From: Eledone cirrhosa
Taxonomy: Eukaryota
NCBI GenBank assembly: GCA_964016885.1
Contig: OZ024741.1
Coordinates: 202,306,001-202,370,000, forward strand
Reading direction: 5' to 3'
Length of the DNA: 64,000 nt
The notes beneath the pieces are model-generated. The model was not told the DNA's origin. It did not search any database and was given only the letters and a program-made list of their open reading frames with translations. The position numbers and the translations under genes were made by a program. Shown here in pieces: positions 36,720 to 49,130 of this stretch (its first letter is position 1; every line of letters starts with the position of its first letter).

Positions 36720-39700
36720 ATCATCATATATGTATGTATTTATGTTCTTCTGGTTTTATACTTTTGTAAATTTTTACCAATAGAGAGAGTCAGTTTCTAA
36801 TATAGACACAAGAGTCTTTCATTGGAATCTAGACATCAACTATGTAGATATGTATGTATGTCTGCATGCGTGTGTGTATGTGAGTGCAGGTATGGATGTT
36901 ATTGTATGAGAGGATGTGTGTGTTTCGAGTTGTATGTGTGCGTGTGCATATGCTTTGTATCTGTACAAGTGTACATGCAGTTATTACAAGCAGAATTTTT
37001 TGAATCTTTTAGATTTTTTACTGTTCTATTAATGGATTATACTTGTAATTTCCTAACTAGTTATGTTCCTTCTGTTTCTGTGAAGTCCAGCTTCTCAAGA
37101 TTTATACTGAGGCAGTTACTAACATATCCCAGTGTCCCAATAATCACAGGTATAAATCTGAAGGTAGAGTCAGGGTGGAGTATCTGCAGATTTCTCATTG
37201 TTTCTGCATAGATAATCTCCTTTTCACTAATCTTTAATATTATATTGGCATCTACTGGGCAGCTAACTTCCACTACTGCACATGCCTTCTTTTCCCCGTC
37301 CCATATCATTATGCTTGCATTCCACCAGTATATATGTATATGTCTTCCACATTGCTGTAACTTTTAATCTGTTTATTGCTGGGGCTATCTTTTCTGCAGA
37401 TTGCATTGTATAGTGTTTTGGCCACTCCATCATGCCTCATAGGTAGATAGTACCGTGATGACATCTTTGGACAGCTGCTTATGACATAGGTGATATCTTT
37501 GATGTTTATTCTGCAGAGTTTGTATATGTTGTCACATCTAGGTGTTTTGCCTGCATCACTATCTCTTTTGTGAATCAGGTATTTTGTGTTGATTTCCTGT
37601 TCTTGGATTTCAAAAGCATATCCTTGGCAGTTACTAACATATCCCAGTGCCCCAATAATCACAGGTATAAATCTGAAGATATAGTCAGGATGAAGTATCC
37701 AAGATAGACTACTTTGTTTATTTATATTACTCTCACTCTGGAGCTTCCTGGCAACATATCCATGCATGATTTTTTGCTGATAAGTATGCAGTTTCTCATC
37801 CATGGATTCACTGCAATATTGCTGGGCAATTTCCCTGGGTGTGGGTTTTTGATTATCATGCAGGGAGTACCCTTCAAGGAGTTTCTTCCCAACTCTCATG
37901 ATCTTATCTACCTCATGCAGACAGATTTGCTCAATAAATGGGCTCCTAATGCTTGGAGTTTCATAAATGTTGTCGGAGGGATATGGTGCGACATTCAAAT
38001 GCTGTCTGGACTGATGTTAGGCCTCTGCCTCTCTGCTTACATTTCAAGGAAGTTCTTGGTACTGTTAATGATTTTTTGGGTTTTAACATCAATTGCTCAA
38101 ATTTCGTCTATCACCCAATTGATTAATCCAAATGTTGGTGTTAGGAAAGGCACAGCACACATTGTGAGCCACTGTTTTATTTTTCTTAATCGAGTGTAAT
38201 ATTCCCTGGTTACGCATTCCTTGCTACAGATACCATCATAGGATATATTCTCATCTATCCCCAGGTATCTGTAGCAGTCCTTGTCAGATATCAGTGAAAC
38301 AGTTAGGCCATTGATGAAAATATTGTTAGATTGGCTTGTAGTTTTTCCCCACTTTACAATCATATATGAACATTTATCCTGACCAAACTCCATTCCTATA
38401 TCCTTTGAGAATGGTGTAACCAGATCAAGATTTTTCTTTATTGTATTTTTGTTCTTGGTATAGAGTTTAAGGTCATCCACAAAGAAAGTATGGGTTAGGT
38501 TTGTATTCATGCCCTCCTGTGAGCCAGTTGTGTATCCTTCAGATTTCTTGAGCAAAAAGACAAAGGGTGTTAATGACAGTTTAAATAGTAGCACAGAGAG
38601 ACTGTCTCCTTGAAATATATCTGTGATATTCTATTTCATCAGTGAAAATAGAGTCTTTCTTCTCTGTTTTTAACTTTAGGAGAGTAGCCCAAGAAGAAGA
38701 TAGGTTCTGATAATAGTGTCTGGGATTTTAGCAAGTCGGAAGGTCTCTATCATCCAAGAGCAGAATCAAATGCTTTCCTGTAGTCCAGCCAGACTGTAAC
38801 TATATTCTCTTAAGTTGTTGCATCTATGACATTGCAGTTTTATTAATTAGGAGCTGTTCAGCACACACTCAACCACCTTTCTTCTCAGCTACTTGCTCAT
38901 CTGTGATGATGTTATTACTGTCACAGTGTTCTTGAAGAAATAAGTTCAGGCAGGCTGCATACATTTTATACATCAGGTTCTGGCATGTAGTTTTTTGCCA
39001 AGTGAGTGTCTTTGTTCTTGGGGACCCATATTGTTTGTGCTAATGTCAACCATTCTGGTATATGTGCATCTCCCTTGAGAGCTTGCTGGTAGAGTTTGAT
39101 AAGATACACCCGATAGAATGTCACTTTTTTTTTGTACCAGTAGCCAACAAACAAATCTCTTCCTGGTGTTTTCTTATCTTGGAGTTTTTCTATCACAGTC
39201 TCAAGGGTATCATCATTCATTTTGTATATTTTTGTTGTAGTGTAGGGGCAATAGTTCTTTTGGATTTCTTTTAGCCACACTGCATCTTGGTTGAAATTCT
39301 TCTTTTTACCCCATATTTTTCTCCAGAAGGAATCTAAGTCTTTCTGGGACATTTATTACTTTGCCCTTCATATCTCTATAGACTGATGTTTGGTTTCGTC
39401 TGAATCTTAATTATTTTTCTTTCAGCTAATCTTTAGTTTCTTGCTGTCAACTCTTAAATCTTGTTTGAGGGTGATCAGCTTATATTGAAAAGTTCTGGTT
39501 GTACTGTTACCAAACACCATTTCTATTTTATTTTTCACTCTTTGTTGGTGAGGTGTGTATTTTTTAGTTTTTGTTTGCATGTAAGGAGCATAGTCACATA
39601 TCCAATATTTTTCCATAGGTCAGCAATCATTTTTCTATTTTAGTAATATATGATGGTGTTTTTGTGGAATTTTGGTCTTGTTAACATTAATGTTATCACC

Positions 39701-40330
39701 AAGATAATGTTTTACTGTCGTTGCAAGGGCATATAAACAGATGTTGATTTGCCAATATATAGGGGTTTAATTCATCGTAAATATTCACCCACAATTTCAA
39801 CAATAGTAGGTAAGGTTTCACTTTGTGTAGTACTGTTGTCTTATTACTTTCTGTGAGAGAAATGTTTGTACATGGTTTAATTTCTCTCTGGGAGATTTCG
39901 TTGAGGCATATTTCAATTATTTATGCTCTTGATTTTCCAAGCCAATGGCAGACATATTATTATTAACAGTGTTTTCCACAACAGTTGAGGTAGAATCTGT
40001 TGATACATGTGGTGTTAAATTTCTTACCGGCATAGTTGTTTCAAAGGACTGTTTGTGTATTGCTGTTGTTTGTTGATGTTCAGTCTGGTTGCTAGAAAAT
40101 CTGGTAGCATGACAACCTGTAGCACGTGTTGTTGGTTGTATGTTTGATCTGGGGGATTTACAATGAATAATATTCATGTTATTTCTATCTTCAACAAACA
40201 TTCCTTGTTGGTGTAATTGTTTGACTGTGAAGTGATTTAGTTCTGGATGTATTTCATCCCAGTGTAGCTTCATTGTGTTCATATAGCCAACAGAGAAATT
40301 TTTTTTTTGCCATTTTATAACAATTACTAA
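36720..40330 (-). mobile_element. R4/Dong-like non-LTR retrotransposon, near full length, degenerate
   Basis: PGRD..GYW, WLDYRKAFDS, IFQGDSLS, FFVDDLKLY, knuckle/RHD region, VVEVSCP, IPVIIGTLG. Confidence 0.9.
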
Positions 40331-40849
40331 ATCATTATCAAATTTATAACTCCAAGAGAAATATTATTTATAATTTCAGTTCCTCCTGTTGCTACAACTA
40401 GAGAAATTTTGTTTACCTTTCTCAATGTTTTTCTCAAATTAATTTTGTTGATGTTGCTGTTGTGTTCAGTCATGCTGTTTGTAGCAAATCCTTGTAAAAT
40501 GAATTAAGTATTTAGTCGGATATCTCTACGAATTTGATATAGTTAAAAGAATAACCAGTTATTCAACATGACTGGTATTTGTGGCATTACTGTCAGAGAT
40601 AGTATTCATCTTAAATTTAATGAATAGTCTCCTACACCAATATGTGTGACTGGTTGCATTGATTATGTATGTATGTTGCTTGATACTTAAGCATTCTGTT
40701 GGAATGTGAGGACTCATTGACAATCCTGAGGGATCCTCACCTGCATGAAGAACTGCCTTGATATGTAAAGAACTCCAAAAATATTCTGTGGATATAGTTG
40801 CCCTTTCAGAGATTCAGCTACCTGAGGATGGCCAAATCCAAGAACCTGC

Positions 40850-41355
40850 TGGAGGTTAAACCTTTTTCTGGAAAGGTAGAAAGCTTGAAGATTGAAGAGA
40901 AGCAGGTGTTGGATTTGCAACGCATAACACCATAATCTCAGAGCCTGTGTGAGTTGCCCCATGGTATCACTGATAGAATCATAACACTCTGTCTCCATCT
41001 AAGTGATGGTAGATACGCTACCCTGATCAGCATCTATGCACCTACACTCATGAGAACTGGGTATGACAAAAGCCGGTTTTACAAAGATCTCTGAAATTTA
41101 CTGTGATCTATTCACAATTCAGACAAGATTATCCTTCTTGCTGGCAAGGATTGGCAGACATGGAGTTACCTTGGATGATTTGGTGTGGGTAAGTAAACAA
41201 CAATGCCTTACTCCTGCTTGAACTGTGCACTGAATTTAAGCTGTTTATTTCCAGCACACAATTCCAACACAAAGGCAATCATGTAACAATATGGATACAT
41301 CCAAGGTCCATGCTGGACTACATGATCGTCCATAAACGTGACATGCAAGATGTTT
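40850..41355 (+). mobile_element. Degenerate LINE apurinic endonuclease fragment (RTE-like)
   Basis: IYAPTL...ELCTEFKLFISSTQFQHK..TIWIHPRS. Confidence 0.6.
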
Positions 41356-41385
41356 GGCTTTAATGGTAGTATATATATATATATA

Positions 41386-41415
41386 CTACCATTAAAGCCC
41401 GGCGTTGCTCGGGGT
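41386..41415 (-). mobile_element. Helitron-like 3' terminus
   Basis: Minus strand CCCGAGCAACGCCGGGCTTTAATGGTAG|T, the same hairpin as 3053-3068; 5' end not located. Confidence 0.55.
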
Positions 41416-41684
41416 CAGTAAGTTACCAAAGTTAGGTTGCACCACCCATTTTATGGCAGCACTTTTTTGTCTGCCAGGCACTGGGTGAATGAATTGCAGA
41501 CCTGGACTGCCGAAGCAGGAGCTGCACCAGCAGTGACAATTGTAATTTCGTCTATGGATATTATCTCTGTGCAAAGAAGTGTTGAAATTTATTGTTTCAC
41601 AGTACTTGTGCAACACGCGCGTAGACGATGCCAGCCGAACAACAGAGCTGCGATGGAGTTGTTCTGCATGGTTGTCTAATGTGT

Positions 41685-42300
41685 GTTTTCTAAATTTAAG
41701 ACAGTAGGGATGTGTGTTGTTGTTACTTTTGTTTTTGTTTTTGAGGCTCCAACGTAATTTTGTAAATGATTTTTCTATTTCTGACAAGCATTTTATCATA
41801 TTTACCTTATTATATGTGGCATACTTAGGTGGTAGTTCTAATATTGATAATTCATCAGAGTCGACCGTAGTGTTGCCGTATATATTTGTGTTGTTGTTGT
41901 TGAATTCATCTGTTAATGAGATGTCGGCCATATTTATACCGTCAATTTTGTCGGGATATCTATCGATATTCTCTAAAGTATCTTGATTTAGTTTTATCTG
42001 TTTGAGCCACTTTAGTTTCTTGTTAAAGTGCTTGTCACATTCTTGAACAATGTACTTTTCTTCAAGACATATAAGGTTTATAAATATTAATTTTTCTCTT
42101 GGTGTGGTGATCTTAGTTATTTCTTGTATTAGGTTACGCTTATGTTTTTCTTGATGACTTAATTCTCTATAAATCTTCTTTTTTTATGTTTAGAATTAGT
42201 GTTCCTTTTAGCCTATCTGCTTGCTTTTTGGTGAGCTGTAATCTTCTTACATCGGTGTTGATGGTGTTGGTGTAAACTCGGGACGAGGCACATTCTTTTA
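41685..42300 (-). mobile_element. Penelope-like element, N-terminal ORF fragment (inverted)
   Basis: ELSILELPPKYA...EIEKSFTKLRW resembles the pre-RT region of PLE ORFs. Confidence 0.6.
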
Positions 42301-43048
42301 TGAAGTGTAGTTGTCGAGATGTTCTGTAAAACTAGAAATGTAGTATATAGCATAAGATGTACTGAAGGACAATGTAGAGATAAGAATATAGTGTACATAG
42401 GTGAGACAGCTCGTAGTATAGGGGAACGGATAAATGAACACTGGCGAGACCTTCAAGATAGTAAAGAATCATCTGTACTCTACCAACATGCTAAAATAGA
42501 ACATAAGGGGAAATTAGAGAACATAGAAATAAAAATAGAATCTACACACAGAAAAGACGCAATGTTTAGACAAATCACAGAGGCAATAAACATAAATGAA
42601 CTCCAACCAAAATTAAATAGAAAACATGAATGGAACAGCAACATCACAACTTACAATTAAGGACTAAATGAAAACACACACGCACATAGAACAAACAACC
42701 AACCAGTAACATGTAAATAAACAAATAAATAAACAAATATAAACACACACAGACACCAGGATGTAACACATGCACAAACTAAGCACACAACACACACAAA
42801 AACAAGATGGCGTAGGTCAGAACAAAGGAGAGGCACAAAAACAAAGAAAAGAATCCCCAGTCACTGAAGAAGTCACAGAATGTGTGATGAAAGAACTTTG
42901 ACAATATATAAACAATCATCTGGTTGTGGAACCAACCAACCAACCGGAAATTTATAAATTCCTAAATTTATAAATTTATTATAATAAATTGAAGTGAAAG
43001 CAACTGGTGCGTGTGTTTCTTATTGGCAATATGACCCTCCCAAAGTAT

Positions 43049-43052
<4 letters not shown>
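42300..43052 (+). mobile_element. Penelope-like element 3' part: GIY-YIG endonuclease and terminal repeat
   Basis: ORF 42319-42660 NVVYSIRC...YIGETARSIGERINEH...RQITEAINI..LQPKLNRKHEW; hammerhead downstream. Confidence 0.88.
42860..42902 (+). ncRNA. Minimal type I hammerhead ribozyme motif
   Basis: GTCA-CTGAAGA-a-GTCACA gaatg TGTGAT-GAAA-G aa C-TT-TGAC. Confidence 0.65.
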
Positions 43053-43092
<40 letters not shown>

Positions 43093-43545
43093 TTGTATAT
43101 ATATGTATGTATTTGTATATGTATGAATTTGTATATATATATGTATGTATTTGTATGTATGTGTATATATATATATGTGTGTATGTGTTTGTATGTATAT
43201 ATATTTGTGTGTGAGTTTATGTTTATATTATACTTATATATAGTTCTATGTATGTGTATACGTATATAGTTGTGTGTATGCGGTTGTATATATGCTTTTG
43301 TTTTTGTCTGTATAGTCTTACGTATGGTTTTGTATGCGTGTGTTGATTTCTTATTACGTGCGAGTGCGCGCACGTATGTGTATACGTTTGCACGTAGGTT
43401 TTGTACCAATGCTCTTTTTTTTAGGGTTTATGTGTGTGTTAGTATATTTGGTTGTATGCATGTTTTTATATGCGTGTGTATGTGTATATGTATTTTCGCA
43501 CGCAAGTGTATGTGTATGTGGATGTGTACGTATGTTTATTTTCAA
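43053..43545. repeat. Degenerate (TA)/(TG) low-complexity tract
   Basis: Directly visible. Confidence 0.9.
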
Positions 43546-45119
43546 CCTATCATTATAAGTATTATAATCAAAACGTAATGAATCCTGCATTATAAATATT
43601 ATTCTTCCACGTTATTCTCATTTCTTCTCTCTTTTAGATATACTTACGCTGTCTATATTTATCTCTTCATGCACTCTATTTTCACTATCAAAATATATAT
43701 AATCGTTCTTTCTTTCCTCTTCTATCTTTCTCCCTTTTTTTTTTCTCTCTCCCTTACATATCATCTTCCAACAGTTTAATTTAAATAAACCGTTATCTTT
43801 TCAACCTTTCGGACACTCATTTGCATACTCACTCATAATTTTGTATCACCCTCAATAAATGTACTATCTCCACTATGCAGGAAGCTCCAACCGTTAAGGT
43901 TGTCTTTTTTTCCGGGTATGTCAATATTTATTTATAAAACAAATCTGTATTTTATCTGATGAAAGCGCACCATAATTTGCCTTGATTGCCCTTGAAATAT
44001 GTATAATAAAATAAATATGGTTTTATAAATATAGTTTCCATTTATTAATATATTGTATATTTACTCCACTAACATGTTGAGTGCTTTATATCAGTTATAA
44101 ATTTTTAAAAATTAAATATAACCTCTGCATATATGTATATATATATTTCTACCAGCCGAAATACGATTCTCGCTGAATTTATATTTATATATATATATAT
44201 GTATATATATATTTTTTATATATATATGTGTATATTTATGTATATGCACACTTCGTGTACTTGTTTATGTTTCTATTTCCCCCCTCCTCTCACTTATCGT
44301 TGTCAACACGTATCCTTTGTCTTTATTTTATTTTTGACGTTGTATTTTTTGTTCTTATTCATTTATTTATTCTTATTAATTCATGTATATGATGTGTATG
44401 TATTTTGTCCATGTCTGTAGATACATATAAGCTTATGTGATAAAGTATACGACTACATACTTTTTAAGTATATGTGCGTGGTTGAGTGTGTGTGTGTTTA
44501 TATATTTATTGTTTTTATAGATATATATGTATTCTTCTTCGCCCTTTGTTTCCTCAGCCTCACTTTCATATTTCTTATATTTTGTTTTCAAATCCATATT
44601 TAATAAAAAGACCATGTTTTATTCATTCTGACGACTGAAAACAGATATATCTGCTTTCAAGAAACCACTGGTAATTGAAATAATTACCTTATGTTGTTTA
44701 TTACATAACTAATAAGCTCTGTAGCCTACATAGAGCGCTCTTTTTTCCTGTACCTTTCTGACGGAATTACTTTACATATATATATGAGAGAGAAAGAGAG
44801 ATATGTAAAATCCAGACTGCGGCGCCAAGCAGTTCCAGCTTGTGTGTTCAGCAAGCCCCCGAGGGTTTAGTAATATTTGTAGGTGACTAGTTTTAGTAGT
44901 GCTTTGGTTGAATTTATCTAGTAGTAAACTGATTTGATAGAGAAATGGGATGGGGTGGGGGGCAAAGAATGGTAAGTGTATCTAGACAGGCAAGGGGGTC
45001 AGGAGAAGAAATTAGTGTGGGAGGGTAGGGGTGGTTAGTGGGTAGGAGTGGAATTGGAGAAGAAGGGGTATAATGGTCTTATGAATAGGGGGTGGAGGGG
45101 TGAGGGGTAAGGGTATTTA

Positions 45120-45190
45120 TAGATATGTTTCTTTTATTTGCCACCAGGGCATCAAAAGTGGGACAAGTACAAAGGGGGGAGTTTACACAA
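45120..45190 (-). mobile_element. Tx1/L1-like extreme 3' end
   Basis: Similar to 26593-26660. Confidence 0.6.
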
Positions 45191-45355
45191 AAAGGCGTCC
45201 TCAATAAGGAGGAGGCAATAACAATATATATAGGGTATCTATAGATAGGGCTTAAAATTGAGGGAGTATTTTTAAGTAAAGAATAGAATTAACAATAAAA
45301 AGTGGGTTATCTAGAAGTAAATGAGCAACTGGTTAAATAAATTAGTAAATAGGAT

Positions 45356-45526
45356 TGTTGTGCGTTCTAATATTGCAAAACTAAAGCTCCAATTCCAAGC
45401 TTTTATTCAATATCTAGAATATAAAAACAGTAATTAGCCTTGAAGAAATATAACAATAATATTTGTAAGAAAAGAAAGATATGCAATAAAACAAAGTTAT
45501 ATTGAGGATAGATGAACTTCATAACA
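45356..45526 (-). repeat. 3' LTR
   Basis: Direct repeat of 49131-49301. Confidence 0.97.
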
Positions 45527-45529
45527 TTC

Positions 45530-46690
45530 TTCGCCGATTTTATTGTTCTTCACGGGGTCAACAGGAATTTGCGGTAGGATGCTAGTGCTATTTGCCATGG
45601 GATTTAAATCAATCACGGTTTCATCTAAGAGTAGATCGTTACTGTGGTCGATGTTAAGTGGTCTCGGCATATCAGCAGGACTGCTAATTGAACTGTTTTC
45701 TTGGATGGATTGATTGTCATTATTTTGACAATTAATTGGGCCAGGGGAGAGGTCTGCTGTTGAGACTGTACTAGATCTTCCATTTTGATATCTGACAACC
45801 GCAAAATTAGCATTCACCATCTGTTCAATAATAACTTTATTCACTAATGGGTGGTTCTTTGTACGAATAAAGTTTCTAATATAGGCGTCGTTTCCAACTC
45901 TAAGCCAATCCTGAGGAACCCTTTCGATCGAATCTAAATATGCGGTTACGGGGCGTCTCATTAGTCGCTGTACAGAGAAGTGATCGTTGCGAGGCAAGAA
46001 CTTCTGGTATGATATCTTCCCACTTAGTTTCTTTAAGTTTGCACGAGTTAATTATGCATTGAATTCCTTTCCAGAGGACTCCGTTGTAGCGCTCGTTTTG
46101 CCATTTCCTTGTGGATGGTACGGCGAAGTGCGCGTGTAGGATATACCATTGAACAAGCAGAAATGATCGAATTCTTTGGAGAGAAACTGAGTTCCTCGAT
46201 CGGAGTGTATGAATGAGGGAGCTCCGAATATTGAGAAGATTTGTTTGAGACAGTTAATGACAGCAAAAGGGAATCTGCTGAATTCGTCTACTGCAGTCAA
46301 TAAGTATGTTTCCTGCTTTTGAAGATTTTGGTTTTGGTCCAACGATATCGATTGACAGACGTTCGAACGGCCTTGTTGACTTAATGAGTTTAGCAGATGG
46401 AGGCTTGAAGAATTTTGGCTTGCACTCCAAACATGATACGCAGTTTTTGACGACGTCGCGGATTTCGTCTACAGAAAGGGGCAGGTTGTGGCGTCGGATA
46501 TAATCGTAAAATCTAGTTACTCCTGGGTATGCTAGTTGGTCGTGGAGTACTTTTAAATCACAGGGTGGCGATATAGCTGCAGCGATTCTTGAAAGATAAT
46601 CGGCTTGGGTGTTGAGGTAGCCGGGTTTGTAGTCAATGTCAAATTGATGCTCTGATAGTTCTAAACGCCAGCGAGATATTTTATCATTTT
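45530..46690 (-). pseudogene. Gypsy integrase (frameshifted, internally deleted)
   Basis: HDQLAYPG..CVSC, LSIDIVGP, TAVDEFSRFPFA, IHSDRGTQF, PYHPQGNG. Confidence 0.88.
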
Positions 46691-47607
46691 TGATTCGAGA
46701 AAATGAAGGCTACTGATTTTTGGTCAGTCCGTATAATCGTATGAAAACACTTCACGTATTGCGACCATCTCCGTACAGCTTCAATAAGAGCCATAGCTTC
46801 TCGATCCACAGTTGATTGTCTTTTCTCGGACGGTGTAAGTGTTCTCGACAGGAAGGCCACGGGCCGTTCGTTTTGAGAAAGTATAGCTCCGATTGCATCG
46901 CCAGACGCATCTGTTTCTATTACCAATGCGTGGCTAGTTTTAAGAGGAATGCTAAGAGCGGCATTAGAGATATCTGCTTTCATGGCTTGTATTACATCTG
47001 TAGCTACTTTATTCAGCGGGAACGAGTCAGCTTGTAATAGTGGTTGGATTTTCTTCGAGTAATCGGCAATCCACCTAGCATTATAGGCTAGGAATCCAAG
47101 GAATCATTTCAGTTGTTGTTTGTTTGTTGGGATTGGGTAGTCTAGTAGGGTTTTGATGCGTTCCTTATCGGGTTTCTTTACTCCGTTCTGAATGTTATAA
47201 CCTAGTATAGATATACTCGTTTGGCAGATTTTACTCTTATCCGAGTTAAGAGTTAGGTTTTCTGTCTTCACGGCGTTTAAGAATGCTTCCACATTTCTAT
47301 CATGTTCAGCTTTGGTATTTCCCGTGACTATGACGTTGTCAATATAGGCATAGGTTTTGAGTAAGTTATATTTCTCTATAACTTGATCCATAATTCTCTG
47401 AAAAACAGGTACAGCGTTAGTCACGCCGAAGGGTAAACGGCAGAATTGGTAGAGTTTGTGATTAGCCTGAAATGCCGTTAGAGGTTTGTCGATTTTTCTT
47501 AAAGGTACTTGGTGATACGCTGATTTGAGGTCGAATTCTGAAAAATATTTATCCTGTGCCACTTTGTTAACGACATCCTCAATGTCGGGGGATGCATAGG
47601 CATCCAA
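46684..47607 (-). pseudogene. Gypsy reverse transcriptase + RNase H (interrupted)
   Basis: FDLKSAYHQV, LPFGVTNA, YIDNV; IETDAS, PVAFLSRTL, EAMAL, TDQKS. Confidence 0.92.
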
Positions 47608-49077
47608 TTATGTATACTTATTAATTGTCTGGGAGTAGTCTACCACGAGTCGAGGTTTCTTTCTGTGTACTATGAAGCACTGAGCTCGCCAAGGTGAAAT
47701 TGATTCCTCAATGATACCGGCTTCTAGGAGGCGAGTTATTTCGGACTTAATAAAATTGTCGTCTCTCTTGTTAATGAAACGTCCCTTAGTGGCAACCGGC
47801 TTGATATTTGTCTCGGCTAAATCGTGGAAGACAAGAGGCGGATTAACTTCTATTGTCGGAAAGGTACAGCATAGTTGATTTGAAAATTTCATGGGAGGCC
47901 GGGCACCGCCAAGGTGAAGAATAATAGAGCTATGCTGGGTGAGGACATCCATTCCGATAATGATGTCTGCGACAAGACTTTTTGCAGTGATTAGGTTCAC
48001 AGAGTATTCCTCGCTGTAGATACATATTGGTATGGATGTAGTACCAGTCGTCATTAATATTTTATTGTCGGCTATTGTGATAGCCCGTTTTTCTTGTTTT
48101 ACGCTCAAGTTTAATTCAGTTGCTATGCTATGACGTATAAATGGATCTGTGGAACCAGGATCGATTAAGGCCTTTAGTGTGGTGTCTTTTATAGTTATCG
48201 GGCAGAGAATAGCTTTAGACTGTTTGCCGGTATTTAATGAACATATAAGTGAGGCTGCTTGCTTACTGCTTTGGCAGTCAGATTTACAGACTGATTGCCA
48301 GTGGCCGATCTTCCCACAAGAATAGCATATGTCTTTTCTAGCTGGGCATTTATTTCTAGGATGCCTAGAAAGTCCACAAAAAAAGCATTTAAATTCACTT
48401 TGGGAATTAGCATTTTTCAAGTATTTCAGAAGAGGTTGTTTTGATTTTGTAGCTGCTACGGTAGGTTCTTGAGAGGATGTAGTTGACAGTGTTGATGAAT
48501 TCAGAGAGACGTCTAGGTTGAATGATTTAGTAAAATCACTGGATAGTTCTATTGCATTTGCTTGAGTATCGTCCAGCTCTAGGAAACGTGCTCGTATAGC
48601 GTCTGATTGGACTCCTGCTACTAGTGAATCCAGGATCAACATATCTCTGTGGTCTTTAGCTGTGATGGCTTTACAGTTACATTTTTCCACTAAAAGGTTG
48701 AGTCTTTTAATAAACTCTCGGACGGTTTCTTCTTGCTTTTGGTGGCATGTTAGGAGTTGATGTCTGGCATAGAGTATACGACTGGGGGCTAAGAATTGAG
48801 TATCCAGGGTGATTAGTGCTTCGTTGAAGTTTTCTGCAGATTCGAGTAAACTAAATAGGTCGGCCCCAGCTTGTGAACGAAGGTAGGTCAATTTATGGTT
48901 GTCCTCTACTATGCTGTTTATGAGTAGGGAATCCACAAAACACTTCCGCCACCATCGCCATTGCTTGGATGTGGGGTCATTTGGGAATGTTGGATGTGGA
49001 ATTTTTAATTGAGCCATTGGTAATTGAGAATGTAGCAAGCTTTGAAGGTAGAGTAAGGGTGGAAACGAATACCACAA
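47608..49077 (-). CDS. Gypsy Gag-protease-RT N-terminus (ends at an in-frame TAA)
   Basis: Two CCHC knuckles CFFCGLSRHPRNKC / CYSCGKIGHWQSVC; protease ALIDPGS (DTG-like site altered); SISPW, RLVVDYS; RT continues in the same frame after the stop. Confidence 0.9.
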   Translation of the reverse strand: MWYSFPPLLYLQSLLHSQLPMAQLKIPHPTFPNDPTSKQWRWWRKCFVDSLLINSIVEDNHKLTYLRSQAGADLFSLLESAENFNEALITLDTQFLAPSRILYARHQLLTCHQKQEETVREFIKRLNLLVEKCNCKAITAKDHRDMLILDSLVAGVQSDAIRARFLELDDTQANAIELSSDFTKSFNLDVSLNSSTLSTTSSQEPTVAATKSKQPLLKYLKNANSQSEFKCFFCGLSRHPRNKCPARKDICYSCGKIGHWQSVCKSDCQSSKQAASLICSLNTGKQSKAILCPITIKDTTLKALIDPGSTDPFIRHSIATELNLSVKQEKRAITIADNKILMTTGTTSIPICIYSEEYSVNLITAKSLVADIIIGMDVLTQHSSIILHLGGARPPMKFSNQLCCTFPTIEVNPPLVFHDLAETNIKPVATKGRFINKRDDNFIKSEITRLLEAGIIEESISPWRAQCFIVHRKKPRLVVDYSQTINKYT

Positions 49078-49130
49078 AACGTCTAGTCTCGGAACGAAAC
49101 AGTTGTAACAAATATCATATTGAATAAAAT

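Noticed and set aside
47608-47610. Programmed stop-codon readthrough between gag and pol
   Set aside because: The TAA lies inside the RT domain (INKYT*LDAY), not at the gag/pol border, and other lesions are present; best read as a nonsense mutation
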